64,000 bases of DNA, taken from an uncultured Bacteroides sp. Lineage in GTDB: Bacteria > Bacteroidota > Bacteroidia > Bacteroidales > Bacteroidaceae. The notes beneath the pieces are model-generated. The model searched no databases, had not been told where the DNA came from, and was given only the letters and a program-made list of their open reading frames with translations. Where the stretch lies: positions 9,654 through 73,653 of the forward strand of contig NZ_CALDPF010000055.1 of NCBI RefSeq assembly GCF_937912035.1, in the 5' to 3' direction. The translations under genes and the position numbers were made by a program. Below are positions 52,258 through 62,964 of the stretch, one piece after another. The first letter of the stretch is position 1. Every line of letters starts with the position of its first letter.

Positions 52258-54315
52258 TCATTTTTTTAGTTCCGGATAACTTATTCGCGTGTGATACATT
52301 GTCTTAAGTTTTTCCTTGAACACGCTTTTCACAGTAGCAATATCCTTGAATGTTATAGGACATTCCTTGAAGTAACCTTCCTGTACTTGCGAGTCAATAA
52401 TCTTGTCCACCAAGGCAGAAATGCTCTCTTCCGTATATTCCGGCAGGCTTCTTGATGCCGCTTCCACAGAGTCGGCCATCATCAGTATGGCCTGTTCCTT
52501 TGTGAATGGATTAGGGCCAGGATACTGGAATGCTGTCTTGTCTACTTCCTCGTCAGGATGCTCATTCTGATATGATATGTAGAAATATTTGGTAAGTCCG
52601 TTACCATGGTGAGTGCTGATGAACTCTTTTATGACCGAAGGCAGGTTGTGCTTGTCCGCAAGTTTGAGTCCGTCGGTGATATGGCTTATCACTATCTGTG
52701 CGCTCTGTTTGTAGTTCAGTTGGTCGTGCGGATTTACTCCCGACTGGTTTTCGGTGAAAAACGCAGGGTTCAACATCTTGCCTATATCGTGATACATAGC
52801 TCCTGTACGCACCAACTGGCTGTTTGCACCTATACGGTTGGCGGCCGCTGCAGTAAGGTTGGCAAGTTGCAATGAATGCTGGAATGTTCCCGGGGCTGTT
52901 TCCGACATCTCCCTCATCAGTTTTGTGTTGATATTCGAAAGTTCTACCAAGGTAACATTGGATGTAAATCCGAAAGTCTTTTCAAGGATAAACAGCAGAG
53001 GATATGTAAACAGTAGTAGCAGTCCGTTAATGACGAAATTCATGTATACGTATGTGCTCAACTGGGCAATCTCGCTCACGTGTACCAGGTCAAGGGCAAG
53101 GTAGAGTAGAGAGTATGCCAGAGTGATGATAAAAGCGCTGTTTAGTAACTGTGATCGTTGCGACAATTCCCTCAAACTGTATATTGCGGCCATTCCTGCC
53201 ACTGTCTGCAGCAGTATGAATTCGTGTGGGGTTCTGAGTGCTATGGAAGTTATAAGGATAGTTACTATGTGTGCCATAAATGCCGTACGTGAATCCAGGA
53301 ATATCTTTATAAGCATTGGAATCATGGCAAATGGTACTATATAAACACTTAAAAATGCATGTTCAACCATGAGGAAAGCTATTACTGGAAATACCACAAT
53401 GATACTGAACAATAGATACAGTTTTCCTCTCACTTTATAGAAATCGCAGCGGAATATCTCAAGATATACCATGAACAGAGCTACCATTATTGATACAAAA
53501 AGAATCTGTCCGAACAGTGTAAGGCGTTTTTCTGTCACTGTCTCGCTACGGTTGTTCCATTCCTTTTGCATGGAACGTAGTATATCAAACTTCTTTTGGT
53601 CTATAATTTCTCCGCGGTCTATAATCTTCTGGCCGTTCATGACATATCCTATAGCCCATGAGATATTGGAGAGGAGTTCCTGTCTGGCGGTCATGGATTT
53701 TTCCGAATCGTATGTCAGATTAGGAACAATATAGTCGTTCAGATTACATTGTTGCAACAGAATTTTGTTGAAATGAACAGTATCTGCGTTTATCAGTTTC
53801 TCGTAAGCCTCCTTTATGGTGTATATTTCACTGACACTTCTTTTGACAGCCGTGTTCTGTGTTATTGTCTGTATGGTTGAGGCTCCTTCCTGCTTCAGTT
53901 GCTCCATGTCGTTTGGAGAAATGACTCCTGTCTCGTAGATTTTCTCCAAAGTCCTTTCTATATGCCTTTTGTAGTTGGCATATTCCTTTATAATCAGCGA
54001 TTTGTCGTCATAATCTTTTTTTAGCTTTTCTATCATTTCCTGTCCAGTCTCGGCATTAAGATGATAGTATGGAGAATAGAACTTTAGAATACTGTCCTGT
54101 TCTGCCTTAACCTGTTCTTCTCCTTTATATATCGGAAAATCGAATGATGCCTGAAGCAGTCCGTATTTCCATGGCTTGTTCAGTTCAAACTGATAATTGA
54201 ACTTACCTTCCTTAGGCATGAAATAGACGATGATTGACACAGTGACTATAAAAATAGCACATTTGTAGAGGAGTTGTTTGTATGAAAATGTATTGTCTTT
54301 ACGGAAAGTTTTCAT
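52258..54315 (-). CDS. 7TM-HDIG family phosphohydrolase (PgpH-like)
   Basis: N-terminal TM, extracytoplasmic domain, multi-TM block, APGTFQHS, YHDIGK, THHG, MADSVEAASRSL. Confidence 0.85.
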   Translation of the reverse strand: MKTFRKDNTFSYKQLLYKCAIFIVTVSIIVYFMPKEGKFNYQFELNKPWKYGLLQASFDFPIYKGEEQVKAEQDSILKFYSPYYHLNAETGQEMIEKLKKDYDDKSLIIKEYANYKRHIERTLEKIYETGVISPNDMEQLKQEGASTIQTITQNTAVKRSVSEIYTIKEAYEKLINADTVHFNKILLQQCNLNDYIVPNLTYDSEKSMTARQELLSNISWAIGYVMNGQKIIDRGEIIDQKKFDILRSMQKEWNNRSETVTEKRLTLFGQILFVSIMVALFMVYLEIFRCDFYKVRGKLYLLFSIIVVFPVIAFLMVEHAFLSVYIVPFAMIPMLIKIFLDSRTAFMAHIVTILITSIALRTPHEFILLQTVAGMAAIYSLRELSQRSQLLNSAFIITLAYSLLYLALDLVHVSEIAQLSTYVYMNFVINGLLLLFTYPLLFILEKTFGFTSNVTLVELSNINTKLMREMSETAPGTFQHSLQLANLTAAAANRIGANSQLVRTGAMYHDIGKMLNPAFFTENQSGVNPHDQLNYKQSAQIVISHITDGLKLADKHNLPSVIKEFISTHHGNGLTKYFYISYQNEHPDEEVDKTAFQYPGPNPFTKEQAILMMADSVEAASRSLPEYTEESISALVDKIIDSQVQEGYFKECPITFKDIATVKSVFKEKLKTMYHTRISYPELKK

Positions 54316-54366
54316 AATCAATGTATATTTTGGGTGCAAAATAAGCAAAAAACGGGAAAATTAGAT

Positions 54367-54374
54367 TACTTTTG
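54367..54374 (+). promoter_or_regulatory. -7 promoter element for gltX
   Basis: TACTTTTG 25 nt upstream of ATG 54400. Confidence 0.6.
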
Positions 54375-54399
54375 CGTAATATTTTAGTTGAAAATCAAT

Positions 54400-55926
54400 A
54401 TGTCAGAAAGAAAAGTAAGAGTTCGTTTCGCGCCTAGCCCTACAGGTGCGTTGCATATCGGCGGTGTGCGTACTGCCTTGTATAATTATCTCTTTGCCCG
54501 TCAGCATGGCGGAGACCTTATTTTCCGTATAGAGGATACTGACTCAAACCGTTTCGTTCCCGGTGCGGAAGAGTATATCATCGAATCGTTCAAATGGTTG
54601 GGAATCAAATTCGATGAAGGCGTAAGTTTTGGTGGAAACTACGGACCTTACCGCCAGTCGGAACGTCGTGATATATATAAAAAATACGTTCAGGTTCTGC
54701 TTGATAACGGTAAAGCATATATTGCTTTCGATACTCCTGAAGAACTTGATGCCAAGAGAAAGGAAATCCCTAATTTCCAGTATGATGCTACTACACGCCT
54801 TTCAATGCGCAACTCATTGTCTATGAGTAAAGAAGAGGTAGATTCTCTTATCGCTGAAGGAAAACAGTATGTAGTACGTTTCAAGATAGAACCTAATGAG
54901 GATGTACATGTAAATGATATTATCCGTGGTGATGTGGTTATCAACTCGTCTATACTTGATGATAAAGTGCTGTACAAATCGGCTGACGAGCTTCCTACAT
55001 ATCATCTTGCAAATATTGTTGACGATCACTTGATGGAAGTTACTCACGTAATACGTGGTGAAGAATGGTTGCCTTCTGCTCCGCTTCATGTACTTCTTTA
55101 CAGAGCATTCGGTTGGGCAGACACAATGCCTGAGTTCGCTCATTTGCCTTTGCTTCTTAAACCAGATGGAAACGGTAAGTTGAGTAAGCGTGACGGCGAC
55201 CGTCTTGGTTTCCCTGTATTCCCATTGGAATGGCATGATCCAAAGAGTGGTGAGATTTCTTCAGGATACCGCGAATCAGGTTATCTCCCTGAAGCTGTTA
55301 TCAACTTCCTTGCCTTGTTGGGCTGGAATCCAGGTAACGACCAGGAGATTATGTCGCTTGACGAACTGGTAAAACTTTTCGATTTGCATCGTTGCAGTAA
55401 GGCTGGGGCCAAATTCGATTATGAAAAGGCACGTTGGTTCAATCATGAGTATATCTTGAAGAAAGATGATGCTGAAATCGCAGAATTGTTTAAGCCTGTA
55501 TTGTCAGCACATGGTGTGGATGTATCTGCATATAGTGATGCTTATTTAACTTCTGTAGTTTCATTGGTCAAGAGCCGTGTGAACTTCGTTAAGGAATTAT
55601 GGGATCAGGCACGTTTCTTCTTCGTGGCTCCGGATTCATACGCTGAAAAGGATATCAAGAAACGCTGGAAAGAAGATACTCCTCGCATAATGAACGAGCT
55701 TATAGAAGTACTTCGTGGTATTGAAGATTTCAGTTCAAAACCATCTGAAGATATAGTTATCGGCTGGATTACTGAGAAGGAATACCACATGGGTAATGTT
55801 ATGAATGCATTCCGTCTTGCTGTTGTGGGCGAGTGTAAAGGACCTCATATGTTTGATATTACTGAACTTCTTGGTAAGGAGGAGACTATCAGACGTATTG
55901 AAAAAGCGGTAGAAGTACTGAAATAA
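54400..55926 (+). CDS. gltX: Glutamate--tRNA ligase
   Basis: [36 protein letters not shown]. Confidence 0.97.
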   Translation: MSERKVRVRFAPSPTGALHIGGVRTALYNYLFARQHGGDLIFRIEDTDSNRFVPGAEEYIIESFKWLGIKFDEGVSFGGNYGPYRQSERRDIYKKYVQVLLDNGKAYIAFDTPEELDAKRKEIPNFQYDATTRLSMRNSLSMSKEEVDSLIAEGKQYVVRFKIEPNEDVHVNDIIRGDVVINSSILDDKVLYKSADELPTYHLANIVDDHLMEVTHVIRGEEWLPSAPLHVLLYRAFGWADTMPEFAHLPLLLKPDGNGKLSKRDGDRLGFPVFPLEWHDPKSGEISSGYRESGYLPEAVINFLALLGWNPGNDQEIMSLDELVKLFDLHRCSKAGAKFDYEKARWFNHEYILKKDDAEIAELFKPVLSAHGVDVSAYSDAYLTSVVSLVKSRVNFVKELWDQARFFFVAPDSYAEKDIKKRWKEDTPRIMNELIEVLRGIEDFSSKPSEDIVIGWITEKEYHMGNVMNAFRLAVVGECKGPHMFDITELLGKEETIRRIEKAVEVLK

Positions 55927-55935
55927 ATTAATAAT

Positions 55936-56802
55936 ATGACATATCACCTGCTTTCTTTTTTCATGAAGTTGTTGGCTATATTGCCTTTCAGAGTGCTATA
56001 TTTTTTATCGGACTGTATTTATTATTTAATATATTATATAGTCCGATACAGACGTACAATTGTGCGTAAGAACCTGATAGAGTCTTTTCCTGAAAAAAGA
56101 GAGCAGGAGATTATACTTATAGAAAAGAAATTCTATAAATTCTTTACAGATAATATATTTGAAAGCTTTAAAATGGCAACAATTTCTAGAAAAGAGATAA
56201 GTTGTCGTATGAAGTTTAAAAATGTAGAAGCTGTAAATTCACTATTAAATGAGGGAAAATCAATATCTCTGTATTTAGGCCATTACGGAAACTGGGAATG
56301 GATATCATCTATGCCTCTGCATCTAAAAGAAGGAGTAGTAGCGGCTCAGATATATCATGAACTGCATAATGATGATATGAACAGGCTCATTCTTAATAAC
56401 CGTGCACGTATGGGGGCTGTAAATGTTGAAATGCGTAAAACGGCACGTTATATTAATGAACTTTCAATTCAAAATAGGGTCTCTATTATAGGTTTTATAG
56501 CTGATCAGTCACCTAAGAAGCAAGATTCGCGCTATTTCATTCCATTTTTGAATCATAATGTACCTGTGCTTACAGGAACTGAAAAAATAACAAAACATTA
56601 CGGTTTCGAGGCTTTGTTCATTAAAGTACGGCGTGTTAAAAGAGGGTATTATGAGGCAGAGTTTGTTAAGATGCACGACAATCCGAAGTCATTGCCCGAT
56701 TTTGAACTTACTTCTATTTATTTCAGTATGTTGGAGGATATGATTAAAGCGGCTCCTGAACTTTATTTATGGACGCACAATCGTTTTAAACATGCAATAT
56801 AA
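55936..56802 (+). CDS. Lipid A biosynthesis (LpxL-like) / lysophospholipid acyltransferase
   Basis: N-terminal TM, GHYGNWEW (HxxxxE), IADQ, PELYLWTHNRFK. Confidence 0.85.
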   Translation: MTYHLLSFFMKLLAILPFRVLYFLSDCIYYLIYYIVRYRRTIVRKNLIESFPEKREQEIILIEKKFYKFFTDNIFESFKMATISRKEISCRMKFKNVEAVNSLLNEGKSISLYLGHYGNWEWISSMPLHLKEGVVAAQIYHELHNDDMNRLILNNRARMGAVNVEMRKTARYINELSIQNRVSIIGFIADQSPKKQDSRYFIPFLNHNVPVLTGTEKITKHYGFEALFIKVRRVKRGYYEAEFVKMHDNPKSLPDFELTSIYFSMLEDMIKAAPELYLWTHNRFKHAI

Positions 56803-56852
56803 TTGTGTTGAAATAATGTAAAGTAAAATCAAGAGAAAAGAGTAATAAAATT

Positions 56853-57845
56853 ATGGATATAGATTTTGTAGTCACATGGGTTGATATGGATGACCCAAAA
56901 TGGCAGGCTGAATTTGCCAAATATTCGGGCAAGAAAGAAAATACCAAGAATGGAGTGTCCAAAGCAAGATTCAGAGACTATGGATTTCTGAAATACTGGT
57001 TCAGAGGAATTGAGAAATTTGCTCCATGGGTAAGAAAAATACATTTTGTCACAAGTGGACAGAAACCAGCCTGGCTTGACGAGAATAATCCTAAGATTAA
57101 TCTTGTCAATCACAAAGACTATATTCCTGAACAGTTCCTTCCTACATATAACTCAGTGGTTATAGAACGATATATTCATCGGATACCTGATTTGGCGGAA
57201 CATTTTGTCTATTTCAATGATGATTTCTATATTATAAGTCCTACGGGAAAGGAACGTTTTTTCCGTAATGGTTTGCCATGTGATATTGCAGTTTTTCAAT
57301 ATAATCCTTCATGGTCTCAATGGTATCGGAGAATAAAGAATAATCTGAAAATAATAAACCGTTGTTTTGATAAGAAAGAAGTAATGGCACGCGACCATGA
57401 TAAATGGTTCCATCCAAGTTATGGATCACGTGCACGTTGGAATTATATACTTAAACCTTACGGTAAGTTTATTACTTTACGCACTCCCCATAACGCACAA
57501 CCATATTTGAAGAGTACTTTTGAGGAAGTTTGGGCTGTGGCGGAAAAAGAACTTACTGAGACTTCTGTCAATAAATTCCGTGCATTGAATGACTATACGC
57601 CTGAGCTGTTCAGGACATGGCAGATATGCCGGGGAAATTTTGAGCCATATAATACATATAGTGACACAAAAATGTTTCCTCTAATGGTCAGACCAAAACA
57701 GGCCGTAAAAGCTATCTATAATCAATCATACAAATTAATATGTCTGAATGATAATGTACATATTCGTAATTATGAACAGGTTATGGAGAATATAAATAAT
57801 GCTTTTGAATCAATACTTCCTGAAAAGTCAAGTTTTGAACTGTAA
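56853..57845 (+). CDS. Stealth-family hexose-1-phosphate transferase
   Basis: CR1 IDFVVTWVD, CR2 LKYWFRGIEKFAPWVRKIH...LPTYNS..IE...EHFVYFNDD, CR3 PH..QP, CR4 ICLND...LPEKSSFE. Confidence 0.9.
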   Translation: MDIDFVVTWVDMDDPKWQAEFAKYSGKKENTKNGVSKARFRDYGFLKYWFRGIEKFAPWVRKIHFVTSGQKPAWLDENNPKINLVNHKDYIPEQFLPTYNSVVIERYIHRIPDLAEHFVYFNDDFYIISPTGKERFFRNGLPCDIAVFQYNPSWSQWYRRIKNNLKIINRCFDKKEVMARDHDKWFHPSYGSRARWNYILKPYGKFITLRTPHNAQPYLKSTFEEVWAVAEKELTETSVNKFRALNDYTPELFRTWQICRGNFEPYNTYSDTKMFPLMVRPKQAVKAIYNQSYKLICLNDNVHIRNYEQVMENINNAFESILPEKSSFEL

Positions 57846-57871
57846 ATATTTTAACTTCAATCCTTATCCCG

Positions 57872-58744
57872 ATGAATAAAGTACTGGCTGAAATAATAGC
57901 AGGGGTCATTCCTTATAAAATGACACGTAATAAGTGGCGTGGAATTCTTCGATATGGGCTATTGAATGCTATAAAGCTGAAATATCGGATGAAACGTGAT
58001 AAGACTGTTCCAAAGTATTATCTTGCGGTATGTGCTATAGCTAAAAATGAAGGACCATATTTTAGAGAGTGGATCGAGTGGCATAGGAAACAAGGGGTGG
58101 AGAAATTCTATATATACGATAATGAGAGTAATGACTGCACCAAAGAAGTTCTCTCTCCTTATATTGAATCCGGTTTGGTTGAATATAATTACTGGCCTGG
58201 TCGGAAGCAGCAATTGGCTGTATACGATAATTGTTTTGAGAAACATCGTACCGATGCACGTTGGATTGCAGTTATTGATTTGGATGAATTTATAGTTCCA
58301 ATCAAGGATAAAAACATTCCGGACTTTCTACGTCGGATGGAGAAGTTCTCATCTGTAGAGATAAATTGGTTGGTATATGGAAGTGGTGGCGCTAAAAAAC
58401 AGGTGCCTGGTGATATTATGGATAGATTCAGGAAACATTCTCTTCCAGATCATCGACTTAATACACACGTAAAAAGTATTGTAGATCCTAGGCGTGTGTG
58501 TACTATGGTAGGATGTCATGAGGCTGCACGAATATCAGGTCAGGCGGCAGATTCACATGGGGTACCATTGAAAAAAGGCTTTCGTGACCGTGTACCTCAA
58601 CAGGATGTTATTCGCATAAATCATTATGCTGTAAAATCATACGAGGAATTCTTAGCTAAACGTGCACGTGGACGTGCCCGCATTAACACGTTGCGTGATT
58701 TTAGCTATTTTGAACAATATGATTTGAATGAAATAGAAGAATAA
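57872..58744 (+). CDS. GT-A fold glycosyltransferase (GT92/GT2-like)
   Basis: LAVCAIAKNEGPYFREWIEWH, FYIYDNES, WIAVIDLDEFI, KSIV, INHY..KS. Confidence 0.82.
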   Translation: MNKVLAEIIAGVIPYKMTRNKWRGILRYGLLNAIKLKYRMKRDKTVPKYYLAVCAIAKNEGPYFREWIEWHRKQGVEKFYIYDNESNDCTKEVLSPYIESGLVEYNYWPGRKQQLAVYDNCFEKHRTDARWIAVIDLDEFIVPIKDKNIPDFLRRMEKFSSVEINWLVYGSGGAKKQVPGDIMDRFRKHSLPDHRLNTHVKSIVDPRRVCTMVGCHEAARISGQAADSHGVPLKKGFRDRVPQQDVIRINHYAVKSYEEFLAKRARGRARINTLRDFSYFEQYDLNEIEE

Positions 58745-59830
58745 TTATTCTTCTATACCCAATATTTCCAGATAATATTTAATATATTGGTCAACACAGT
58801 TGTCCCAATTGAAGCGGGAGGCACTTTTTATTAGTCTTTCTGGATAATCGCTGGAAGCATCATATAATGCTAATTTATCCTTTAATACTTCTGCCATCTT
58901 TTGGGGAGATAGATCTTCCCAATAAAAAGCTTCATTTCCACCAATCTCAGGCAGAGAAGTTAACTTTGAAAGGAACACAGGTTTGCCAAACTTCATTGCT
59001 TCAATAGGAGGAAGTCCAAAACCTTCACATAATGATGGAAAGAGAAATGCTTTACAAAATTTATAAAGTGTAGCTTTCTCTGATTCTGTTACATTTGATA
59101 ATATATATATATTATTAATTCTGTTGTCTGATATCTCACGTTTAATATTTTTTGCGTAATTACTATTCCAGTTTCCCGCTATAACAAGATTATAATCAGG
59201 AAGATATTTCATCATTTTTACCAATAGATGCACATTTTTTTTGGGTAATAGACTGGATATATGAAATAAAAAGTTTTTTGGTAAATTACTTGGAAGTGTT
59301 TCTTCCTGGAATGAGTTTGAAAGGTCTGTTACTCCATTATATATAATTTTCTTAGGTAGTTTTACATTGAAATGCTCCTCAGTATCTTTACATGCAAATT
59401 CAGATATATAGCTTATATAATCAGTTTTGTTTATTTTCCCCTTAAATTTATTTATTGCTTTTTTTAATTCTTCGTTTTTTTTCTCGTATATAAAGTTTAT
59501 ATCATGAATTGTTAGCAGTTGTTTCTTTGCAAAATAAAGATTTTTAATTTTATTATATTGGTATGGAATATGAAATAGATCTGCTTTAATTGGATAAAAT
59601 GGAGCTATACCACGAAGTAGAGCTGGCATACATATATAGTGTACATTATTTCCGAAGTAACCTTTAAATTGTGGAGGAAGAATAAAGTATAACTCTATAC
59701 CATATTGTGAACGCAGTTCAAAAGCGCGTTCACTTAATCTTTTACCTATTTGTCTACAAAATTCACCAACTCCAACGTATGGAGTAGTTATTGGATATGA
59801 GTCTATTACTATTTTCTTTAAACTAGGCAT
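58745..59830 (-). CDS. GT4 glycosyltransferase
   Basis: TIHD, IYNGV, KKNVHLL, FLFPSLCEGFGLPPIEAM, SLPEIGG. Confidence 0.9.
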   Translation of the reverse strand: MPSLKKIVIDSYPITTPYVGVGEFCRQIGKRLSERAFELRSQYGIELYFILPPQFKGYFGNNVHYICMPALLRGIAPFYPIKADLFHIPYQYNKIKNLYFAKKQLLTIHDINFIYEKKNEELKKAINKFKGKINKTDYISYISEFACKDTEEHFNVKLPKKIIYNGVTDLSNSFQEETLPSNLPKNFLFHISSLLPKKNVHLLVKMMKYLPDYNLVIAGNWNSNYAKNIKREISDNRINNIYILSNVTESEKATLYKFCKAFLFPSLCEGFGLPPIEAMKFGKPVFLSKLTSLPEIGGNEAFYWEDLSPQKMAEVLKDKLALYDASSDYPERLIKSASRFNWDNCVDQYIKYYLEILGIEE

Positions 59831-59999
59831 ATAGATAATAATTCTATTATGTATTATAGTTTATACTATGTATAACTGAAAATGTAAGGAAGCCAGATTA
59901 TATCTTTACCATAATATCTAGTATTTCTATATACACTAAATTACTTAGTAAGATATTATCTAATTATTTAATAATCAATTGATGCTAGTCTTGCAATGC

Positions 60000-60785
60000 T
60001 TATTTTTTATTGTTCTCTAATTTTTTTCTTATCAGAGGATAATAATTAAGAATTTTATCAAGAGCTTCTTTGTTACGATCATCTCCAGATTTTAAATTAA
60101 TTGCTTTTAAAGCTAAATTATCAGGTTTACCGACTTCTTTAACTATATTTCTGCCATTGGGAACAGGTACAACATAAGTTCCTTTTGATACTGCAGCTGC
60201 CCAAAACCATATATCGTCATTGGTTGGAGCCAGTTTCATGAATAGTGCTGGATCTAACATGTTCTCATCTAATGATTTAGGGGGATATAATACTCCGCCA
60301 ACTCCTGTTTGCATTGCGAAATAATCGAAATGATGCCTTCTGAAAATAAAATCATACCATTTATATTTTCTCCATTTACTATAAGGTTTATTAATCTGAA
60401 TACGTCTTACTCTATGAGCAATTATGGCATTCGGTAAGAGACGGTGTAACCTGACTAAACTACGTAATAAATTCTTTGGATAGTATATATCGTCGTCAAT
60501 AGTTACAATTATGTCGTTGGGAAAATCTTTAAGGGCTGGAATTAGTTTTTTGTACGACCGTATCTCGCTGGGGTCAAATCTTACTTCAAATATAGGATTA
60601 TCGGATTTCAGCATTTCTAACTCCTGAGGAATGGTATTGTCCGGAAATTTTTGAGAGTCAAGATATAATACAATCTTGTCAGGTAACAAAGATCCCTGTA
60701 GAATGGATTTTATTGATTCTACAGCATACGGTATTGCTTCAGGAAATGAAGTTAAAGATATTATAATTCTTTGTTTTTCGTTCAT
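60000..60785 (-). CDS. Putative GT-A glycosyltransferase, paralog of the adjacent gene
   Basis: ISLTSFP, SYKKLIP, VTIDDDIYY, QTGVGGVLYPP, DDIWFW. Confidence 0.7.
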   Translation of the reverse strand: MNEKQRIIISLTSFPEAIPYAVESIKSILQGSLLPDKIVLYLDSQKFPDNTIPQELEMLKSDNPIFEVRFDPSEIRSYKKLIPALKDFPNDIIVTIDDDIYYPKNLLRSLVRLHRLLPNAIIAHRVRRIQINKPYSKWRKYKWYDFIFRRHHFDYFAMQTGVGGVLYPPKSLDENMLDPALFMKLAPTNDDIWFWAAAVSKGTYVVPVPNGRNIVKEVGKPDNLALKAINLKSGDDRNKEALDKILNYYPLIRKKLENNKK

Positions 60786-60806
60786 TATTTTACGGTATTA
60801 TTAATG

Positions 60807-61592
60807 TCATAGTCCAATTTTTTTCCCTATCTCAGGATATTGATTAAGAATAGCTTTTAATGCTGCAGCATTTCTGTCTATACCTGATTTATAGTTGATC
60901 GTCTTTAATGATAATTCACGTGGCTTCTCAAGCCCTTTTGGCTTGTTGTAACCAAAAGGTACGGGTATGACGGTTCTGCCGTTTGCAACACCTGCAGCCC
61001 AAAACCATATATCATCTGTTGTTGGAGCAATTTTTGTAAATAGTTCAACGTCTAGCATTTCTGTTTTTAATGAATGAGGTGGATACAATACACCACCAAC
61101 GCCTGTTTGTATATTTCTTGTGTTTGAATGTATTCTTTTTAAAATAAATCTATACCATCTGTATTTTTTCCATTTGTGGTAAGGCTTATCTGGTTTCATT
61201 AATTTAGCACGATGTGCTAGTATATCATTAGGGTATTGTTTATGTAGATTCAATAAATCACGTATCATGTGTTTATGATATGATACATCATCATCAACAG
61301 TTATAATTATTGCATCAGGAAAATCAATTAATGCAGGGATGAGTTTACGATATGATCTAATATCTTTATCGTAATTTCTTATCTCAAAAATAGGATTAGT
61401 ATTTGATAATTCAATAAGTTCCGTTGGAATACCGTTTTCGCCAAATTGAGAAAATGTAAGATATAGTACAACTTTATCAGGAAGCACAGAGCTGTTAAGT
61501 ATTGATTTAATAGCTTCGGCTGCATATGATATTGCTGCAGGAAATGAAGTCATTGATACGACTACTTGTTGTTGGAGCTTGTTCGGACTCAT
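60807..61592 (-). CDS. Putative GT-A glycosyltransferase, paralog of the adjacent gene
   Basis: VSMTSFP, SYRKLIP, ITVDDDVSY, QTGVGGVLYPP, DDIWFW; TACCTTTG promoter element at 61629-61636 supports start MSPNK. Confidence 0.7.
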   Translation of the reverse strand: MSPNKLQQQVVVSMTSFPAAISYAAEAIKSILNSSVLPDKVVLYLTFSQFGENGIPTELIELSNTNPIFEIRNYDKDIRSYRKLIPALIDFPDAIIITVDDDVSYHKHMIRDLLNLHKQYPNDILAHRAKLMKPDKPYHKWKKYRWYRFILKRIHSNTRNIQTGVGGVLYPPHSLKTEMLDVELFTKIAPTTDDIWFWAAGVANGRTVIPVPFGYNKPKGLEKPRELSLKTINYKSGIDRNAAALKAILNQYPEIGKKIGL

Positions 61593-61748
61593 ATTGTTGT
61601 AATTATTACGGATTTTGTTGTAATATAGCAAAGGTAGAAAAATTTTTATATATTTCTGATTCTGTGAATTATTAGTTATAAAATTGTAATCATATATATT
61701 GAATCTAATCTTTCTTTTATTTACAACAAAGTTATTTATTATATAATA

Positions 61749-62576
61749 TTATTTCTTCTTCTTTGAATGTTTAGGGAATATCTTATACCATAATTTTCGA
61801 TACCATTTATTGTAATGTTTTATATATTTCCCTTTATAATAATTCAACTCTTGAAGTAACTCTATATGTGTACCATAGTATTGAATGTATTTATCAAAAT
61901 GCTTTTTGTATACGTACATTATTACTTTTTTGAAATTATCATCTTTCCCACATTCAGTACTTCTTGATATTTCTTTGATTCTGTATTTGAATAATGCTTC
62001 TTTTATTTGGTAGACTTTTTTATTGGTATTTAAAAGACGCAGATAAAACTCCCAATCTTCTAGACCTATAAGCATATTTTCGTCATATCCTCCAATTTTA
62101 ATGCAATCCTCTTTTTTAAATAAAGATGTACAAACAATACGATTGCCTAACAATAATGAAGCGTAACAGTCATATTCTGGTAAATCCCATTCTCCTTGTT
62201 TATCTCCGAAAAATGTAGTCTTTGAATAAGCTAAAATACAATCTTTATGTTCATCAAACATTTTAAGACATTTTTCGATATATGTGGACTCTAAAATATC
62301 ATCAGGATCCAGAGGTAGAATAAATTCTCCAATAGCATTCATTATTGCATTATTGCGTGCTGCAGAAACTCCTTTGTTTGGTTGCGCAAAGTATTGTATT
62401 CTATTATCCTTTGCTACATATCTCAAGGCAATTTCTTCGGTATTGTCTGTTGAACCGTCATTGATTATTATAGCTTCCCAGTTATGGTATGTCTGTTTCA
62501 AGATGGACTCTAAGGCATCAGTCAGAAACTCTCCTTGATTATAACATGGCAAAATTATAGATACAGTTTTTCCCAT
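61749..62576 (-). CDS. GT2 glycosyltransferase
   Basis: VSIILPCYN, INDGSTD, NKGVSAARN, LDPDD, EDWEF. Confidence 0.9.
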   Translation of the reverse strand: MGKTVSIILPCYNQGEFLTDALESILKQTYHNWEAIIINDGSTDNTEEIALRYVAKDNRIQYFAQPNKGVSAARNNAIMNAIGEFILPLDPDDILESTYIEKCLKMFDEHKDCILAYSKTTFFGDKQGEWDLPEYDCYASLLLGNRIVCTSLFKKEDCIKIGGYDENMLIGLEDWEFYLRLLNTNKKVYQIKEALFKYRIKEISRSTECGKDDNFKKVIMYVYKKHFDKYIQYYGTHIELLQELNYYKGKYIKHYNKWYRKLWYKIFPKHSKKKK

Positions 62577-62964
62577 TAATAGTGATGATTGTAATAAAAT
62601 TAATTATATTATATAGATAATACTAGTTTACTGGAAACGATTATATATTATTATCTAGTAACCATGTAAAGTACAATTCTATATGCAATATTCGTAAATA
62701 AAATCAATATATGCAAGTCATCGAAGTGTAATTTAGTACTTGATATGAGTCATATTTAAAAAGAATAGTAATTTTTTAAGTAGGAAATATACAATATTGA
62801 ATGTTGTAATTTAATATAGTCGGTTCGCTAGGTCTGTTATTATTTTTTACTTTATAATTTGTATGTAGTGCTTTTTCTAAATACGTAGCTGCTTTAATAG
62901 TCCAATAATTATAATCTTACGAAATTAATTCATATTTTTGTGTGAATTATACATCTCATTAGTA

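Noticed and set aside
62577..62964. Hidden small ORF or ncRNA in the 390-bp AT-rich divergent intergenic region
   Set aside because: No convincing ORF, stable structure or repeat found by eye; most simply a divergent promoter region
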